A DNA stretch of 64,000 bases from an uncultured Pseudomonadota bacterium (lineage in GTDB: Bacteria; Pseudomonadota; Alphaproteobacteria; JACZXZ01), in the NCBI GenBank assembly GCA_963749075.1, contig CAVVLJ010000016.1:1056001-1120000 (forward strand), in the 5' to 3' direction. The notes beneath the pieces were generated by a model. That model saw only the letters and a list, made by a program, of their open reading frames with translations. It did not search any database and was not told the DNA's origin. Below, one piece after another: positions 62,976-64,000 of the stretch. Numbering within the stretch: position 1 is the first letter of the stretch; each line of letters begins with the position of its first letter. A program made the position numbers and the translations under genes.

Positions 62976-64000
62976 TCAGATCGGGGACGTGAGCCCGTCG
63001 AGGGGGATGATCGCGACGCGCTCGCCGGCCGCGGCGGGAGGGGCCAGCGGAGGGCGGACGACGAGGCAGTCGGCGTGCGCCAGGCGGGAGAGATTGGAGC
63101 TGTCCTGCACCTCGAAGGGGGTGGCGATCAGCCCGCCGTCGGGTGCCCGCGCGAGGCGCGCGCGCAGATAGTCCTGGCGGCGGTCGTTGGCCGCGAGGTC
63201 GCGGCCGAGGATGGCGCTCGCTTCCGCGGCGTCGGCGCTTGCGAGGCCGAGCATGCGTTCCATCGCCGGGCGCAGGAAGATGATGGCGCACACGAGCGAG
63301 GAGACGGGATTGCCGGGAAGGCCCAAGAGAGGCGTGGCGCCGAGGCGGCCGAAGATGAGCGGCTTGCCCGGCCGCATGGCGATCTGCCAGAAATCGACGG
63401 CGAGGCCGCGCTCGGCAAGGGCGCTCTGCACCAGGTCGTGCTCGCCGACCGAGGCGCCGCCGGTGGTGATCAGGAGATCGGCGCCCGCCGCCCCAGCGGC
63501 GAGGGCCTGGAGAGAGTCCTTGGTGTCCTCGGCGATGCCGAGGTTGCTCGCCTCTCCGCCCCAGGCGGCGATCGCCGCGGCGAGGGCCAGCGCGTTCGAG
63601 CTCACGATCTGGTTGGGGCCGAGCGGATCGCCCGGCATGACGATCTCGTTGCCGGTGGCGAGCACGGCGATGCGCGGGCGCCGCCGCACGCTGAGCCAGG
63701 GCACGTTCATGGCGGCGGCAAGCCCGATGTCGCGCGCGCCTAAGCGGCGGCCGGCGGCGATGCCGACCTCGCCCGCCTTGAAGTCGAGGCCGGCCAGGCG
63801 GACGTAGCGGCCGGCAGGTGCCGCCTCGCGGACGACGACGCGGTCGCCCTCGGCCGTGGCGTCCTCCTGGATGACGACGGCATCGGCACCTCGAGGCAGC
63901 GGCCCGCCGGTGAAGATGCGCACCGCCTCGCCGGGCCTAAGTGTGCTGCCATAGGCTCCCCCGGCGGGCGCCGAGCCGACCACGCGCAAGCTCGCCGGCA
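62976..64000 (-). CDS. moeA: molybdopterin molybdotransferase MoeA (5' end outside window)
   Basis: RIFTG, TGNEI, TGGASVG, MRPGKP, GLPGNPVS, QDSS. Confidence 0.95.
   Translation of the reverse strand, partial: PASLRVVGSAPAGGAYGSTLRPGEAVRIFTGGPLPRGADAVVIQEDATAEGDRVVVREAAPAGRYVRLAGLDFKAGEVGIAAGRRLGARDIGLAAAMNVPWLSVRRRPRIAVLATGNEIVMPGDPLGPNQIVSSNALALAAAIAAWGGEASNLGIAEDTKDSLQALAAGAAGADLLITTGGASVGEHDLVQSALAERGLAVDFWQIAMRPGKPLIFGRLGATPLLGLPGNPVSSLVCAIIFLRPAMERMLGLASADAAEASAILGRDLAANDRRQDYLRARLARAPDGGLIATPFEVQDSSNLSRLAHADCLVVRPPLAPPAAAGERVAIIPLDGLTSPI

Overview
This is a very GC-rich alphaproteobacterial (Rhodospirillales-like) chromosomal segment with no rRNA, tRNA, CRISPR array, integrase or transposase. 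Both ends carry conserved housekeeping blocks: purF-cvpA-radA-mlaF-mlaE on the left; slt-dapA-smpB-udg-NYN-folK-rpoZ-relA/spoT-pdxJ-acpS-gloA-gltA-gltX-comEC-lexA-moeA on the right. The accessory middle holds a GcvT-fused FAD dehydrogenase, mmsA, polX, a Liv-type ABC transporter with a racemase-family gene, a DcaP porin-GntR-ThDP enzyme-frc (oxalate/formate) unit, an envelope glycosylation cluster, a hydrogenase-4-like Ehr complex lacking NiFe ligands, and an M23 peptidase-bactofilin pair. The most unusual feature is in the Ehr operon. It is split between hyfF and hyfG by an oppositely oriented McrB-like AAA+ gene and a small membrane protein gene. The McrB-like protein has no McrC partner in the window and its catalytic motifs are altered (DDINR, MNTASR, GQSYF). 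Seven REP-like palindromic elements occupy intergenic gaps. Six genes carry +1 frameshifts sharing a TTC context, probably a systematic sequencing error. All calls come from motif recognition by eye; no searches were run.
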